The notes beneath the pieces were generated by a model. That model saw only the letters and a list, made by a program, of their open reading frames with translations, did not search any database and was not told the DNA's origin. Shown here piece by piece: positions 63,462 to 64,000 of a DNA stretch of 64,000 nt. Source of the DNA: Marsupella aquatica (Eukaryota; Plantae; Marchantiophyta); NCBI GenBank assembly GCA_973895155.1, contig OZ316892.1, forward strand, positions 10,988,420 to 11,052,419, written 5' to 3'. Both the position numbers and the translations under genes were made by a program. Position 1 is the stretch's first letter, and the number at the start of each line of letters is the position of its first letter.

Positions 63462-64000
63462 CACTGGGCTATCTCGCTGTCAAACGCCACTCTGACCTTG
63501 GAATTCAAGTGTGGAGTTACAAGTCTCTACTACTCATTCACCTTCAACGCCAAGAGATAGGCCTGATTACGAAACAGATTCGCCCCTTCTTGTCAATGCG
63601 ATGCAGGAAAGACTCTAGCGAGCAATTCGCAAGGCAACTGTGCTCCGGGATGGCCTTGTCGATGGCAAAACGGGAGACTAGGTAGAACTTATAACAAGCT
63701 AGTCGAAGGAGGTCTGCCGAGAGACGAGTAATTAACAGTGAAATCGAAACTGAAAAGGAGCTGATATCGATCCGATCCGGTCCGATGAAGAATCTGGCAA
63801 TGTGAGTGAGTAAAAATCCGATTCTGAAGCAGCATGTGACTGAAAATCCCTCACAGCTGCGAAATGAAACACCACGAAGCTGCGCCGTGTGGAAACGCGT
63901 GATGGATGTCTAGCGAGCTCGGTACCGCCAACCAAACTTCCAAATCCTTACGTGGGTGCGATGACGAAATGCAAAGCGAATGGGTACCGTAGCGTTGTGT

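Overview
Eukaryotic, intron-rich land-plant nuclear DNA, most likely a non-seed plant such as a bryophyte. This is inferred from a PSTALRE-type CDKB and an LTR-borne ORF family I associate with mosses and liverworts. Five host genes are supported: the 3' part of HEI10 (+, with a candidate U12-type intron), a complete 12-exon peroxisomal copper amine oxidase (-), a COX7c-like complex IV subunit (-), MFAP1 (-) and an 8-exon CDKB (-). Two TE-dense blocks lie between them (about 10-28 kb and 39-59 kb), with nested insertions whose ends and TSDs can be read directly. These include a Harbinger element holding a Copia solo LTR, and a 3.6-kb solo-LTR-like insert that itself encodes a ~540-aa protein. 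There is also a CRE-like non-LTR fragment, Helitron ends and several MITEs. A 5.8-kb MULE carries a second, convergent, spliced gene of unknown function. A Copia element has apparently identical LTRs but a deleted RT and a dead polyprotein. The MULE and the Copia each sit inside one of two head-to-tail copies of an unclassified element with asymmetric terminal inverted repeats. The best novelty candidates are the protein-coding LTR (19844-23446) and the MULE accessory gene (46614-47896). All calls come from manual reading; no searches were run, and repeat boundaries without TSDs are approximate.
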